From: a virus
Taxonomy: Duplodnaviria > Caudoviricetes
Reading direction: 5' to 3' (one strand)
IMG/VR virus record: IMGVR_UViG_3300045120_000341
Coordinates: 1 to 61,859 of that record
Length of the DNA stretch: 61,859 nt
How positions within the stretch are numbered: position 1 is the stretch's first letter; the number at the start of each line of letters is the position of its first letter. Below the pieces are notes generated by a model that was given only the letters and a program-made list of their open reading frames with translations, did not search any database and was not told where the DNA came from. The translations under genes and the position numbers were made by a program. Below, one piece after another: positions 46,204-54,404 of the stretch.

Positions 46204-46869
46204 TTGTCAGAAGAGTGGCGGGAAGCAATTACTACTGACGAGGGGTGCAGGGCGGCCTATAGGTTTCTGTTAACCTTCACGCCTCAGTACGGAGTCGAAT
46301 ACGATTGGGTAATCAAGCACGCCAAGGAGCAGTACGCGGTTGCTGATACGACGTTCAAGGGGATCGACGATAAGGCCCTGACAATTATCAACTATTTAGG
46401 AGGCGGCGCAGGCCTCCTAACGCTTGGTTCAGTTGCGGGACTGGCCGTCGATAAAGTTAGCGAGTGGGTTGTTCTGTCCACACTTCCGTCTTTTGTGGCT
46501 GCTGTTATTGCAATTGTCTACGCTAAGAAGGTGCGAAATCCGTGCTGCTTCGGCTATCCGCCAACGGTCTCTACGGCCTGTCGAGCAACGAGAGAGTTTG
46601 TTGACGCGAAATGCGCTGAAGCATCTACGATTAGACAGTGGGAGCTGTCCTCGGCGATGATTCGCAAAGCAGTAAACGACAAGCAAAGGCTGCTCCGAAA
46701 TGCAACTATGGCTTTGATGTGGGCGATCATTCTTTTGGCGGGGCCAATGTTGGCCGGTGTCATTGAGAAATTTTGCACGTCACCACCAGAGGCAAGACCA
46801 GTACAACTCGCACCAATCGAAGTCAAACGCCTGCCCGTTGAACTCGAAATCAAACCCTTTACTCGCTAA
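46204..46869 (+). CDS. 3-TM protein resembling the Pycsar effector (PycTM) architecture
   Basis: IDDKA+TM1, TM2+P, K...L..A+TM3. Confidence 0.55.
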   Translation: MSEEWREAITTDEGCRAAYRFLLTFTPQYGVEYDWVIKHAKEQYAVADTTFKGIDDKALTIINYLGGGAGLLTLGSVAGLAVDKVSEWVVLSTLPSFVAAVIAIVYAKKVRNPCCFGYPPTVSTACRATREFVDAKCAEASTIRQWELSSAMIRKAVNDKQRLLRNATMALMWAIILLAGPMLAGVIEKFCTSPPEARPVQLAPIEVKRLPVELEIKPFTR

Positions 46870-47113
46870 ACGAGAATCCCCTTGGCTGAACGAGAATCAC
46901 CCAGTTTCGGTCGATTTTCGTGCAAAGCCGGCGGCCCGCTGGACGGCGAGAAGCGGCCCCGGACGCCATATCTGAACCGCGGATACACCGGTCCGTGGCG
47001 AAGCAGGCAGGAGTTCTACATCTTCGACGGCGAAGACCGCTTTGTCTGGTCCGGCACGCTGGAGGGGCATCTGATACAGGCGGAAGTCGAATCCAAAAAA
47101 CGGGGAGGGGCTA

Positions 47114-47240
47114 ATGGGTGAAAAGATCGCGAGTCTGGTTCTTTCGCTGCTCGCGGGTGTGGCACTCGCGGCCGACCCGCCGGGCCTATCTGTCGCCGGC
47201 AGCGAACCGCAAGTCGCACAAGTCGCGGGCGGTCTAAACG
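47114..47240 (+). pseudogene. Orphaned original 5' end of gene 47905..48711
   Basis: Signal peptide + ADPPGLSVAGSEPQVAQ versus ADTPGLMVAGSEPQAAQ downstream. Confidence 0.75.
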
Positions 47241-47791
47241 ACATGCGCCCACTTTTTCCTCTCAATGGCATCGGTGATTGTTTTGCGAGTCACGCCATAG
47301 AGACGGGCAAGGCGCGAAGTGCATTGTCGGGTGCCCATGTGCATGGCACGAATCTCCCGCACCTTATCGTCATTCAATTTGGCTCTCCCGCTTCGAGTTC
47401 CGTGGCAGATAGTGCCGTGAACGATTCTGTCGGCAGAGTTTTCTTTAAGGGTTCCCCATTGCAGATTTTCAACCCGATTATTGGAGGGGTTACGATCCGG
47501 ATAGTGTCGGCAAATCATTCCCTCTGGACACGGACCAACGAACGCCAAGAGAACGAGTTGATGAACGAGGTGGCCTTTCCTGTCGGTGGAAAGCTCTACT
47601 TTCATGTAACCGTCTCGGTCTCTGCGAGGATTCAATCTTTTCCATTTAGTTCCAATAACGGTACGAGCCCCTTTGTGGAATCCGCGACTCGCTTTAGCCA
47701 AACAAGACCACACGCTGCCATCGTCGCCGACGCTGTAGCCGGGGAATCCCGGGATGTCTCGGTACTCAACAGTAGAATCGAATTCGGGCAT
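47234..47791 (-). CDS. NUMOD4-HNH homing endonuclease
   Basis: RDIPGFPGYSV..G.V.S; VHQLV..AF.GP..CRH..NPSNNRVENL.W; AKL HTH. Confidence 0.9.
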   Translation of the reverse strand: MPEFDSTVEYRDIPGFPGYSVGDDGSVWSCLAKASRGFHKGARTVIGTKWKRLNPRRDRDGYMKVELSTDRKGHLVHQLVLLAFVGPCPEGMICRHYPDRNPSNNRVENLQWGTLKENSADRIVHGTICHGTRSGRAKLNDDKVREIRAMHMGTRQCTSRLARLYGVTRKTITDAIERKKWAHVV

Positions 47792-47793
47792 GA

Positions 47794-47868
47794 CCTGCGC
47801 CTCCAACGCGGGTTGTGTCAAGAGCGGAGTGAGGGCGTAGGAACCCTCACTCCGCTTGCATTTTAACA
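47794..47868 (-). promoter_or_regulatory. Extended -10 plus two hairpins in the HNH leader
   Basis: TGTTAAAAT; perfect 13-bp stem 47823-35/47844-56; second stem with GGAGG in its loop. Confidence 0.65.
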
Positions 47869-47904
47869 GGGGTACATTTGCGCGCAAGACTTACGGAGGG
47901 CAGA

Positions 47905-48711
47905 ATGAAGAAGATGATTTTCCTTTTCTGTCTTGTGATGGTTTCGAGAGCTTCCGGTGCGGATACGCCGGGTCTAATGGTGGCCGGTTCTGAGCCGCAG
48001 GCGGCACAGGCAGCAACCGGCGTGACAGTGAGTGCCGGCCGATTCGTTCCGTTGACCATCGCTCAGGGGAAGCCTGCTTTAGTTCTTGGCAACGACGCCG
48101 GCCTCTTGGAGATGTTTCAACTTCCCGCCGGCCATTCCATCATTGGCGTTCTCTACTCGGAACCGGCCGGCGCAAAATCTAAGCGCTACGTTTTTCCAAG
48201 TGGGCCGGTCACGATTGCGATTGCCGGTGACGTGGGTGGGGTCGTGAAGCTGTCGGCCGTGGTGAACGGTGCCAGTGCGGCGGACGCGCCGACGGTGGCC
48301 GGGACGCTGGTGGTGACGCTGACGGCTCCGTTGCCGCCGCCCGGACCTGGACCCGGACCGGACCCGCCTCCACCGCCGCCGCCGGTTGTCAAGTCGTTCC
48401 GGGTTATCTGGGTCACGGAATCGGCGACGACTCTGACCGCTCAGCAGAATTCAGTCATCGGGGCGAAGGCGATCCGGGACTACCTGACGGCGAAGACGAC
48501 GCCCGAAAACAACGTGGCCGGTTGGCGACACTTCGACCCGCAGACAGTGCCGAGCGGACAGCCGACCATGACGGCACTTTGGGCTGCAGCAAAACCGAAG
48601 ATCACAACGGTTCCCTGTCTCGTCGTCGAAGTGAACGGCAAGGCGGAAATTCTACCGTTCCCGGCAAACGCAGTGGAAGCTTTGGCGACCCTCAAAACTT
48701 ACGGAGGCTGA
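47905..48711 (+). CDS. Secreted protein with Pro linker and thioredoxin-like C-domain
   Basis: Signal peptide, PPPGPGPGPDPPPPPP linker, VPCLVV..LPFP. Confidence 0.7.
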   Translation: MKKMIFLFCLVMVSRASGADTPGLMVAGSEPQAAQAATGVTVSAGRFVPLTIAQGKPALVLGNDAGLLEMFQLPAGHSIIGVLYSEPAGAKSKRYVFPSGPVTIAIAGDVGGVVKLSAVVNGASAADAPTVAGTLVVTLTAPLPPPGPGPGPDPPPPPPPVVKSFRVIWVTESATTLTAQQNSVIGAKAIRDYLTAKTTPENNVAGWRHFDPQTVPSGQPTMTALWAAAKPKITTVPCLVVEVNGKAEILPFPANAVEALATLKTYGG

Positions 48712-48712
48712 T

Positions 48713-49543
48713 GTGGCCGACTTTTATAAGGGCACGATTCCGATTCTCGACTCCGACGGTCCGACGACCGACGTCACGCATCCGACAGGCGTCAAGTTCG
48801 GTCTCGTTGCGCGGGACTATGCCAAGTATCCGGCGACGATGTTCGCGCAGCCGAGTGAGCTTCAGGTCATTCCCGAAAGCGAATGGGACGCCAGGTACGA
48901 CGAACAAGAGGCGACGCAATCGAGCCTTGAACACATATATCTGTCCGGCCCGAACGGCGAGCCGGCGTTCGTGAATCTGGATCAGGACGGCGACGGCCAC
49001 TGTTGGTGCTACTCGACCGGCCATTCCATCATGCTTGACCGGCTAAGGCGGAATCTGCCGCCCGTCCGTCTGAACCCGCACTGTATTGCCGCGATCATGA
49101 AGGAGCTACAAGGCGGATGGTGCGGCGCGTCCGCAAAGTTCGCACGGGCCAACGGCGTCGCGGTCGAAGGGAATGGGCCGGGCCAGTGGCCGAAGTGGTC
49201 GAACAACACGAAGTACGACACGCCCGAATGCCGGGCGGAAATGGCCCTTTACAAGATCGAAGAGGACTGGGTTGACCTGACGAAACAGGTCTACGATCAG
49301 AACCTCACGCGGGGACAGGTAGCGACCTGCGGATTCACGAACACCCCGGTTCCGAGCGACTTCAATTTTTGGTCACATAGTGTTTGTCAGGTTCGTTGGG
49401 TGCGAATCGAAAAGGGTTCTTGGGGACCGCTGATCCTGAATAGCTGGCTCAACTGGGGACGTCACGGTCTCGGCGTGCTGCGTGGAAAACAGGCAACGTG
49501 CAACGGGGCCGTCGCTACCCGACTCACCACGGCGTCAGGCTGA
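48713..49543 (+). CDS. Papain-like (C1) cysteine peptidase
   Basis: DQDGDGHCW (Q..C), WSHSV (H), LNSW..WG..G (N). Confidence 0.82.
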   Translation: MADFYKGTIPILDSDGPTTDVTHPTGVKFGLVARDYAKYPATMFAQPSELQVIPESEWDARYDEQEATQSSLEHIYLSGPNGEPAFVNLDQDGDGHCWCYSTGHSIMLDRLRRNLPPVRLNPHCIAAIMKELQGGWCGASAKFARANGVAVEGNGPGQWPKWSNNTKYDTPECRAEMALYKIEEDWVDLTKQVYDQNLTRGQVATCGFTNTPVPSDFNFWSHSVCQVRWVRIEKGSWGPLILNSWLNWGRHGLGVLRGKQATCNGAVATRLTTASG

Positions 49544-49555
49544 TAGGAGTCTGTC

Positions 49556-49903
49556 ATGATCGCGTTCCTGATTCTCTCTCTCGGTGCCGGTCCGACCTTC
49601 GAGGTCGTCAATAAATGTCCGTCGTTTGTAGTGACAAATAAATGTCCTGCGCCCGCACCGGCCGCGAAGCCAGTCAAGTTTACGAACGGCTTCAACTGCG
49701 GTGCCTCGTTCTGTGGGGCTAACGGCGGCGGCGGGTGTCCGCAGTGCCCCAACGTGAACGGTACGTGTGCCTGCGGGGCGAAGGCCGCACCCGTCGCCGC
49801 GGCCCCGGTCCAGTACACCCTGCCGCAGGCGACCTCAAGCTGTCCGAACGGCAACTGCCCGCAGGCCCAGTCCTACACCCCGTTGTTCCGCTTTCGGAGG
49901 TAG
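49556..49903 (+). CDS. Secreted Cys-rich protein
   Basis: Signal-like N-terminus, FxVxNKCP x2, CPNGNCP. Confidence 0.7.
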   Translation: MIAFLILSLGAGPTFEVVNKCPSFVVTNKCPAPAPAAKPVKFTNGFNCGASFCGANGGGGCPQCPNVNGTCACGAKAAPVAAAPVQYTLPQATSSCPNGNCPQAQSYTPLFRFRR

Positions 49904-49906
49904 GTC

Positions 49907-50101
49907 GTGAACGTTCTCGGCGTCCCATTCGAGGTGAAGGAAGTGGCTTACCTGCCCGACCGCTACCAGTTGCCGGTTGTGACCTGGCAGCGGCCCGACG
50001 GAGTTGCGGGCTGGTTGAGAATTGAGGGTCCGATGGCGGACGAAATGAAGGTCGGCAAGACATACAAGATCGTGGAGTGCGAACCTACTAACGGAGGCTA
50101 A
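49907..50101 (+). CDS. Small beta protein
   Basis: RBS GGAGG; operon packing. Confidence 0.55.
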   Translation: MNVLGVPFEVKEVAYLPDRYQLPVVTWQRPDGVAGWLRIEGPMADEMKVGKTYKIVECEPTNGG

Positions 50102-50102
50102 C

Positions 50103-50402
50103 GTGTCGAACGGAAATGGTAACGGAGACAACGGCAATTCAGGTTGGACGACCGAGCGATTCATCGCCATTATCGGCGCGATCTTCGCCGGCCTGTCCCT
50201 GCTCATCTCGACGTGGAACAACTCCAAACTTCACACGGTCGAGGACCGGCAGGTGATGAACTCTCAGAAGATCGACTTCGGATTGGAGAATCAGGCCGAA
50301 GTGAAGAAGGATCTCGCCGTCCAGAACGCCGCCGTGGAGAAGACCGCAGAGAAGATGAACGAGGTCCACAAGGCCGTGAAGGCTAAGGGCGGGGACAAGT
50401 GA
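50103..50402 (+). CDS. 1-TM + coiled-coil protein (holin/spanin candidate)
   Basis: Single TM followed by heptads. Confidence 0.6.
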   Translation: MSNGNGNGDNGNSGWTTERFIAIIGAIFAGLSLLISTWNNSKLHTVEDRQVMNSQKIDFGLENQAEVKKDLAVQNAAVEKTAEKMNEVHKAVKAKGGDK

Positions 50403-50575
50403 TACTCAAAGCAGTCCTCAAAAAACTGAGTGAACTACCCAACACCGACGGGGGCAAGGACGTCATCGTGGTCATCAAGGGCAGCGAGATGCCTTATCCC
50501 GATGTCACTGGCGTGAGCGTGAACGAGGACACGGTCGTCCTTGAAGCCGAAGTGTTCGATGACCAGACGCCGTGA
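50399..50575 (+). CDS. 58-aa hypothetical protein
   Basis: GTGA overlap; MILKAVLKKL.. Confidence 0.45.
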   Translation: MILKAVLKKLSELPNTDGGKDVIVVIKGSEMPYPDVTGVSVNEDTVVLEAEVFDDQTP

Positions 50576-50971
50576 GCCTCCTCTGGCGATACCTGACCCG
50601 CCAGCGACTCACGGGCTTCGAGGAGGACCAAATATCGGTGTGGATGCTGGTGGCGGTCGTCGCCGTTCTGTCGTCCGGCGCGACGTGCCTGACACTGTTG
50701 GCGTTCGGAGCATTCTGACGGGAACGGGATTTGCGCGTGTCCAGTAGTGGTGAAGGGAGGACCGAAATCGTGCTGCGAATTCACAACGATGTGACCTTGC
50801 ACGTTGACGACGAGCTGAAGGAGATCCTGAAAGAGATGGCGGCAGCACTGACGAAGATTGCCGCATCCGAGTTGTTCTCGCCGCCGAAACCGGAAGTTAC
50901 CGGCATCGGCGCAACCTTCGAGTCAACGGACCCGAAGTAACGACGTTTCCGTTTCTCAGGAGTTTTTCCAA

Positions 50972-51373
50972 ATGGCAAAGTTCAAATGTAACCTGGCCCG
51001 CAAGGGCGCGAAGATGGCCGGCGCCGTGGCCGCGAAGGGTGCGAAGGCGACCGGCGACCTGTTCACCATTACCGACCTCGGGGGCGGCACGCTGTCCGTC
51101 ACGGGTCACGACGCGGCCGGTGCCGGCGGGATCGACATCTCCAATGTCGCGACCCTGACCGTAACCACGACCGACGGGACCGTCTCGGTAGACCCGCCGG
51201 TGGGTATGACGTGTACCGTCCACGGCGTGAAGCCGGGCACCGCGACGCTGACGGTCACGGCGACCTGGAACGACGGGAGTATTGGGCCTTTCTCGATCGC
51301 CGTTACGGCGACGATTACCACGAGTGCGGTGACGGGTCTGGACGTCGTGTTCACCGACGCTCAGCCGCAGTAG
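50972..51373 (+). CDS. Ig-like (Big2-like) protein
   Basis: RBS AGGAG; V.GVKPGTATLTVTA. Confidence 0.65.
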   Translation: MAKFKCNLARKGAKMAGAVAAKGAKATGDLFTITDLGGGTLSVTGHDAAGAGGIDISNVATLTVTTTDGTVSVDPPVGMTCTVHGVKPGTATLTVTATWNDGSIGPFSIAVTATITTSAVTGLDVVFTDAQPQ

Positions 51374-51431
51374 GTTCCCCGCGGGGCCGGTCAATCCGCC
51401 GGTCCCGCATCCTCGCACCAGAGAGGTGCAA

Positions 51432-51648
51432 CATGACAGCAGCCTTATTCGCAGTGTTCGCCCCGTGGGGCCTGTCCGTGGTGGAGCTGGCCATCTACGT
51501 CGTGGTCGTTGCGGCTATCGTGGCGTTGGTCTACGTCGCACTCAGACAGATGGGGGTTGAAATACCGGCGTGGATCAAGCAAGTGTGTTGGATCGTAGTC
51601 GTGGCATTCGTCGTCATCATGGCAATCAAACTGGTAGCGGGAATGTAG
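51432..51648 (+). CDS. Small multi-TM protein (holin candidate)
   Basis: Two or three hydrophobic helices separated by IP.W. Confidence 0.65.
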
Positions 51649-51663
51649 CCGGGAGGCAGATCG

Positions 51664-52209
51664 ATGGTTCTACTCGGCGAGATATCGTTTACGAACGAGG
51701 GAGCGGCCGTCATCGGCATTTTGATGTCGGCCCTCGCCGGTGCCATTGGCATCTTGTGGAAAAAGAATGACGCCGGTCACGAACGGGAACTTACCGACGT
51801 CAAGTTGCAACGAGACAAGGAACTGGCGGACATGAAGGCACAGCGTGACTCGTACAAGGAGATCGGTCACGAGGCAGTAACGAATCTCGGACTCGTCCGT
51901 GCTTTGCATCCGGAAGCCATCGTCCCGACGATGATCCCCCGGCTGGTTCCGGTCATCCCCGAACACAACTCACCGACCACGCAGGTACAGCGGGACGCGG
52001 CCGAGCTCCAGACGATGCGGGCGCAACTGGTCGCCGAGACATTGCGGTTGGGTCTGCCGGCCCGCAAGGAAGCGCCGATGGCCGAAGAGAAGAAGACCGA
52101 AGAAGAGAAACCGCCTGACAAGGATGTTACTGCGGTCAAGATCGTGGAGATCACGCCGGACGCGGTCACGAAGATTGCCGACGAGGTGGCAGCAAAGACG
52201 AAGCCGTAA
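51664..52209 (+). CDS. 1-TM + coiled-coil protein
   Basis: TM ending WKK followed by heptads. Confidence 0.6.
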   Translation: MVLLGEISFTNEGAAVIGILMSALAGAIGILWKKNDAGHERELTDVKLQRDKELADMKAQRDSYKEIGHEAVTNLGLVRALHPEAIVPTMIPRLVPVIPEHNSPTTQVQRDAAELQTMRAQLVAETLRLGLPARKEAPMAEEKKTEEEKPPDKDVTAVKIVEITPDAVTKIADEVAAKTKP

Positions 52210-52239
52210 CACCGGTGCCAACGGGCGGAGGCGACAAGT

Positions 52240-52644
52240 GTGGGAGAAACCTTAACCGTGATACTCTCGTCCATCCCCGGCGTACTTACCGCAATCGTCG
52301 GCAGTCTGCTCATCTACCGCAAACAGAAGGCGGAACTGACCGCCGCAGATCGCAAGGCCGAGTTCGAGGTCAACAGCGAGGAACGCGACGACGTGATCGG
52401 CCACATGCGGAAGCTCATGGGCGACCGGGCGGCGGCGCACCGGAAGGACATCGAACGGGTGGACGCTCAGCTCGGCATGGTCGTTCACAAGCTCTCCGAA
52501 TGCGAGGACAAGCACAAGCGGTCGGAGATCATCAATGCCCGGCTCATTGAGTTCATGCGGGTGCGCGACCTAATGACGGAGACGCAGGAACACCAGTTGT
52601 TCCGTGAGAGCGAAGCCGGGGAGGGCGGACATGACGCAACCTGA
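52240..52644 (+). CDS. 1-TM + coiled-coil protein
   Basis: TM ending YRK followed by heptads. Confidence 0.6.
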   Translation: MGETLTVILSSIPGVLTAIVGSLLIYRKQKAELTAADRKAEFEVNSEERDDVIGHMRKLMGDRAAAHRKDIERVDAQLGMVVHKLSECEDKHKRSEIINARLIEFMRVRDLMTETQEHQLFRESEAGEGGHDAT

Positions 52645-53248
52645 CATGATCTCCGTCCCCCGCGAATACCACGACTCGATGGTCGGCGGCCTGCACTCGC
52701 TCAAATCGCTCGGCATCGACGTCCGCGAGAAGGCGGAACGGCTCATCGAACGGGCACTAGCCGTCTCCCCACCTCCCGCCGTGGTCCCGCTCACGGCCCC
52801 GTCCGGCGGCGGCCTGATTCCTAAACTGTGCCTCGCCCTCGTCGCGTGCCTGGCCACGGGCAGCGTGGGGGCGCATTCCACACGGGAGGTTCCGCCAGTG
52901 GTCAAATTCCCCAACCGGTTCGCCAACGGGTTCAAACTGATGGAGGCGGGCAACTGGACGAAGGCGGCGGCGGAGTTCGCCAGCGTCAGCGAGAACGGCG
53001 GACCCGATCACCCGGCGGCGATGGCACGCGAAGCCGAGTGCCTGTTTTACAAGAAGGAGTACACCCTTGCGGTCCGGGCCGCGAACGACCTTGAAGCGAT
53101 GCAGCAGTCCCACCCGGCAGCGCCGTACATTCGCGGGCTGGTGTTTGAGGCGCAAGGGAAGAAAGAGAAGGCGGCTGCGGAGTACCAGATGGCTGAGTTC
53201 CTCGGACATCCGCTGGCCGGCGAACGGCTCGCCGCGGTGAGGAGGTAG
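52631..53248 (+). CDS. Membrane-anchored TPR protein
   Basis: Internal TM followed by TPR repeats (YIRGLVFEAQGKKEKAAAEY). Confidence 0.7.
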   Translation: MTQPDMISVPREYHDSMVGGLHSLKSLGIDVREKAERLIERALAVSPPPAVVPLTAPSGGGLIPKLCLALVACLATGSVGAHSTREVPPVVKFPNRFANGFKLMEAGNWTKAAAEFASVSENGGPDHPAAMAREAECLFYKKEYTLAVRAANDLEAMQQSHPAAPYIRGLVFEAQGKKEKAAAEYQMAEFLGHPLAGERLAAVRR

Positions 53249-53251
53249 CCC

Positions 53252-53431
53252 ATGCCAAAGAAAGTTGCCGACCCGCACCCGAACCACGTTTGTACATGGG
53301 TCTGGGACGGCATCGCGTGGCAGGGAAGCAGGAGCGGGTGCAGTATCGAGGAATCCTGCGCACCGCCGCCGCAGAATGGCTTCTTCATCGGGCAGACGGC
53401 GGAGACGGACTGCGGCGTGGACGACGGATAA
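53252..53431 (+). CDS. 59-aa Cys/Trp miniprotein
   Basis: RBS GGAGG; CTWVWDG..W..C..C.PP..G..C. Confidence 0.6.
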   Translation: MPKKVADPHPNHVCTWVWDGIAWQGSRSGCSIEESCAPPPQNGFFIGQTAETDCGVDDG

Positions 53432-53581
53432 GCAGAGTCTTGCGCGCCGCAAGGATGTAGGTACACTGACGATGCGTCGGGGCGGGAAACCGCAGGGCAC
53501 GGATAAAGCGATTCCAACGGTCAAGCACCGTGTACGTTGGCCCGACGCTTTTCCTTTCACTCGCGCTTGGAGGCCCCTACC

Positions 53582-53971
53582 ATTTACAGCTTAATTCTCA
53601 CCGCCGCCTTAGTCTCCGGCCCAGACGTCCCCGCGTCCCATCGTGCGGGCTGTTCCGGGGCGCAGGTCACGAGCCGGGCGGGATGTTCCGGCACCAGAGC
53701 GGCCCCCGCGGCGACAGGCTGCCACGGCGCGCTATTCGAGCGTAGCCGCACCCGGACGGTAACCCACACCCGTACCGCCAGCGTCGCCGTGCCCGCCCCA
53801 GTCGCGGCCGTAGCGCCGGTAATCGCCCCTGTGGCCCCGCCGGTGCCGATGACTGTCGCCGTGCAGGCCAATCCGCCGGTGTTCGCCGTGGGGCGGGGTG
53901 TTTGTGCCAATGGAAACTGCGGAATGGGTTTCTTCACCGGTACGGTCCGCCGACTGGCGTTCTGGAGGTAG
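53582..53971 (+). CDS. Secreted GCxG-repeat protein with apparent ATT start
   Basis: GGAGG-8nt-ATT gives (M)YSLILTAAL; GCSG, GCSG, GCHG, CANGNC. Confidence 0.55.
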   Translation: MYSLILTAALVSGPDVPASHRAGCSGAQVTSRAGCSGTRAAPAATGCHGALFERSRTRTVTHTRTASVAVPAPVAAVAPVIAPVAPPVPMTVAVQANPPVFAVGRGVCANGNCGMGFFTGTVRRLAFWR

Positions 53972-54059
53972 CGATCGACCCGGCGGCGGACCTTCAACCC
54001 TCGTTGGTGTTGGAAGGGCGAGCCGCCGCCGGGGTTTTCAACTCGTTAGGGGGTGACTC

Positions 54060-54353
54060 GTGGCAGTGGCAAAGGGTAGGGGACATCCAATTCTGAATGC
54101 GGTCATTCGTCGGCGGCTGATTGTGGAATTGCACAAGACGCACGGCTACAGCATGGCGGACGCCCGGGAGCTGGCCGGAGAACTTGACGACGACACGATC
54201 AACAACGGTATCAAGCAGACCGAAGGTGCGACCGAAGCGGTTGGGGCACTGGGAGACGGTTCTTTCCTCCAGAAGATTTTGGACTTCCTCGCAAGCCCAC
54301 AGGGCCAAGCCATGATAGCCTTGCTCATCAAGATCCTGCTCGGCGGAATGTAG
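54060..54353 (+). CDS. Small protein with C-terminal amphipathic/TM helix
   Basis: RBS AGGGGG; followed by a terminator. Confidence 0.6.
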   Translation: MAVAKGRGHPILNAVIRRRLIVELHKTHGYSMADARELAGELDDDTINNGIKQTEGATEAVGALGDGSFLQKILDFLASPQGQAMIALLIKILLGGM

Positions 54354-54361
54354 TCACCTCG

Positions 54362-54382
54362 CCCCGCTCCGGCGGGGTTTTT
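54362..54382 (+). terminator. Intrinsic terminator
   Basis: ccccgc-tccg-gcgggg-ttttt. Confidence 0.75.
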
Positions 54383-54404
54383 CATCTCACAACGGAGCAC
54401 GTCA

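Larger units (their letters stand above)
42440..46929. mobile_element. Transporter IS (IS5 family, IS903-like ends) with passenger genes
   Basis: TIRs ggctttgcacgagaatcg / cgattttcgtgcaaagcc (17 of 18 match); flanking duplication ggcggcccgc at 42430-42439 and 46930-46939; one transposase; lower-GC cargo. Confidence 0.92.
42403..47121 (+). pseudogene. GGPxDG small gene split by the transposon (42403-42439 + 46940-47121)
   Basis: Removing the element and one TSD restores MAEKTVELYGGPLDGEKRPRTPY...GANG with RBS GGAGG. Confidence 0.88.

Noticed and set aside
46882-47121. Element-supplied TTG restart rescuing the split gene
   Set aside because: It is in frame but has no SD and sits within the end repeats; probably coincidental.
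47114-47866. 250-aa plus-strand ORF as a real protein
   Set aside because: Only the first ~42 codons resemble the downstream gene; the rest is the antisense of the HNH.
51374-51410. Eighth late-promoter motif
   Set aside because: GTTCCCCG with no NANNNT at N9; better explained as a GC hairpin.
53979-54040. Long stem-loop as an ncRNA or riboswitch
   Set aside because: No recognisable family features; could be a terminator or processing stem.
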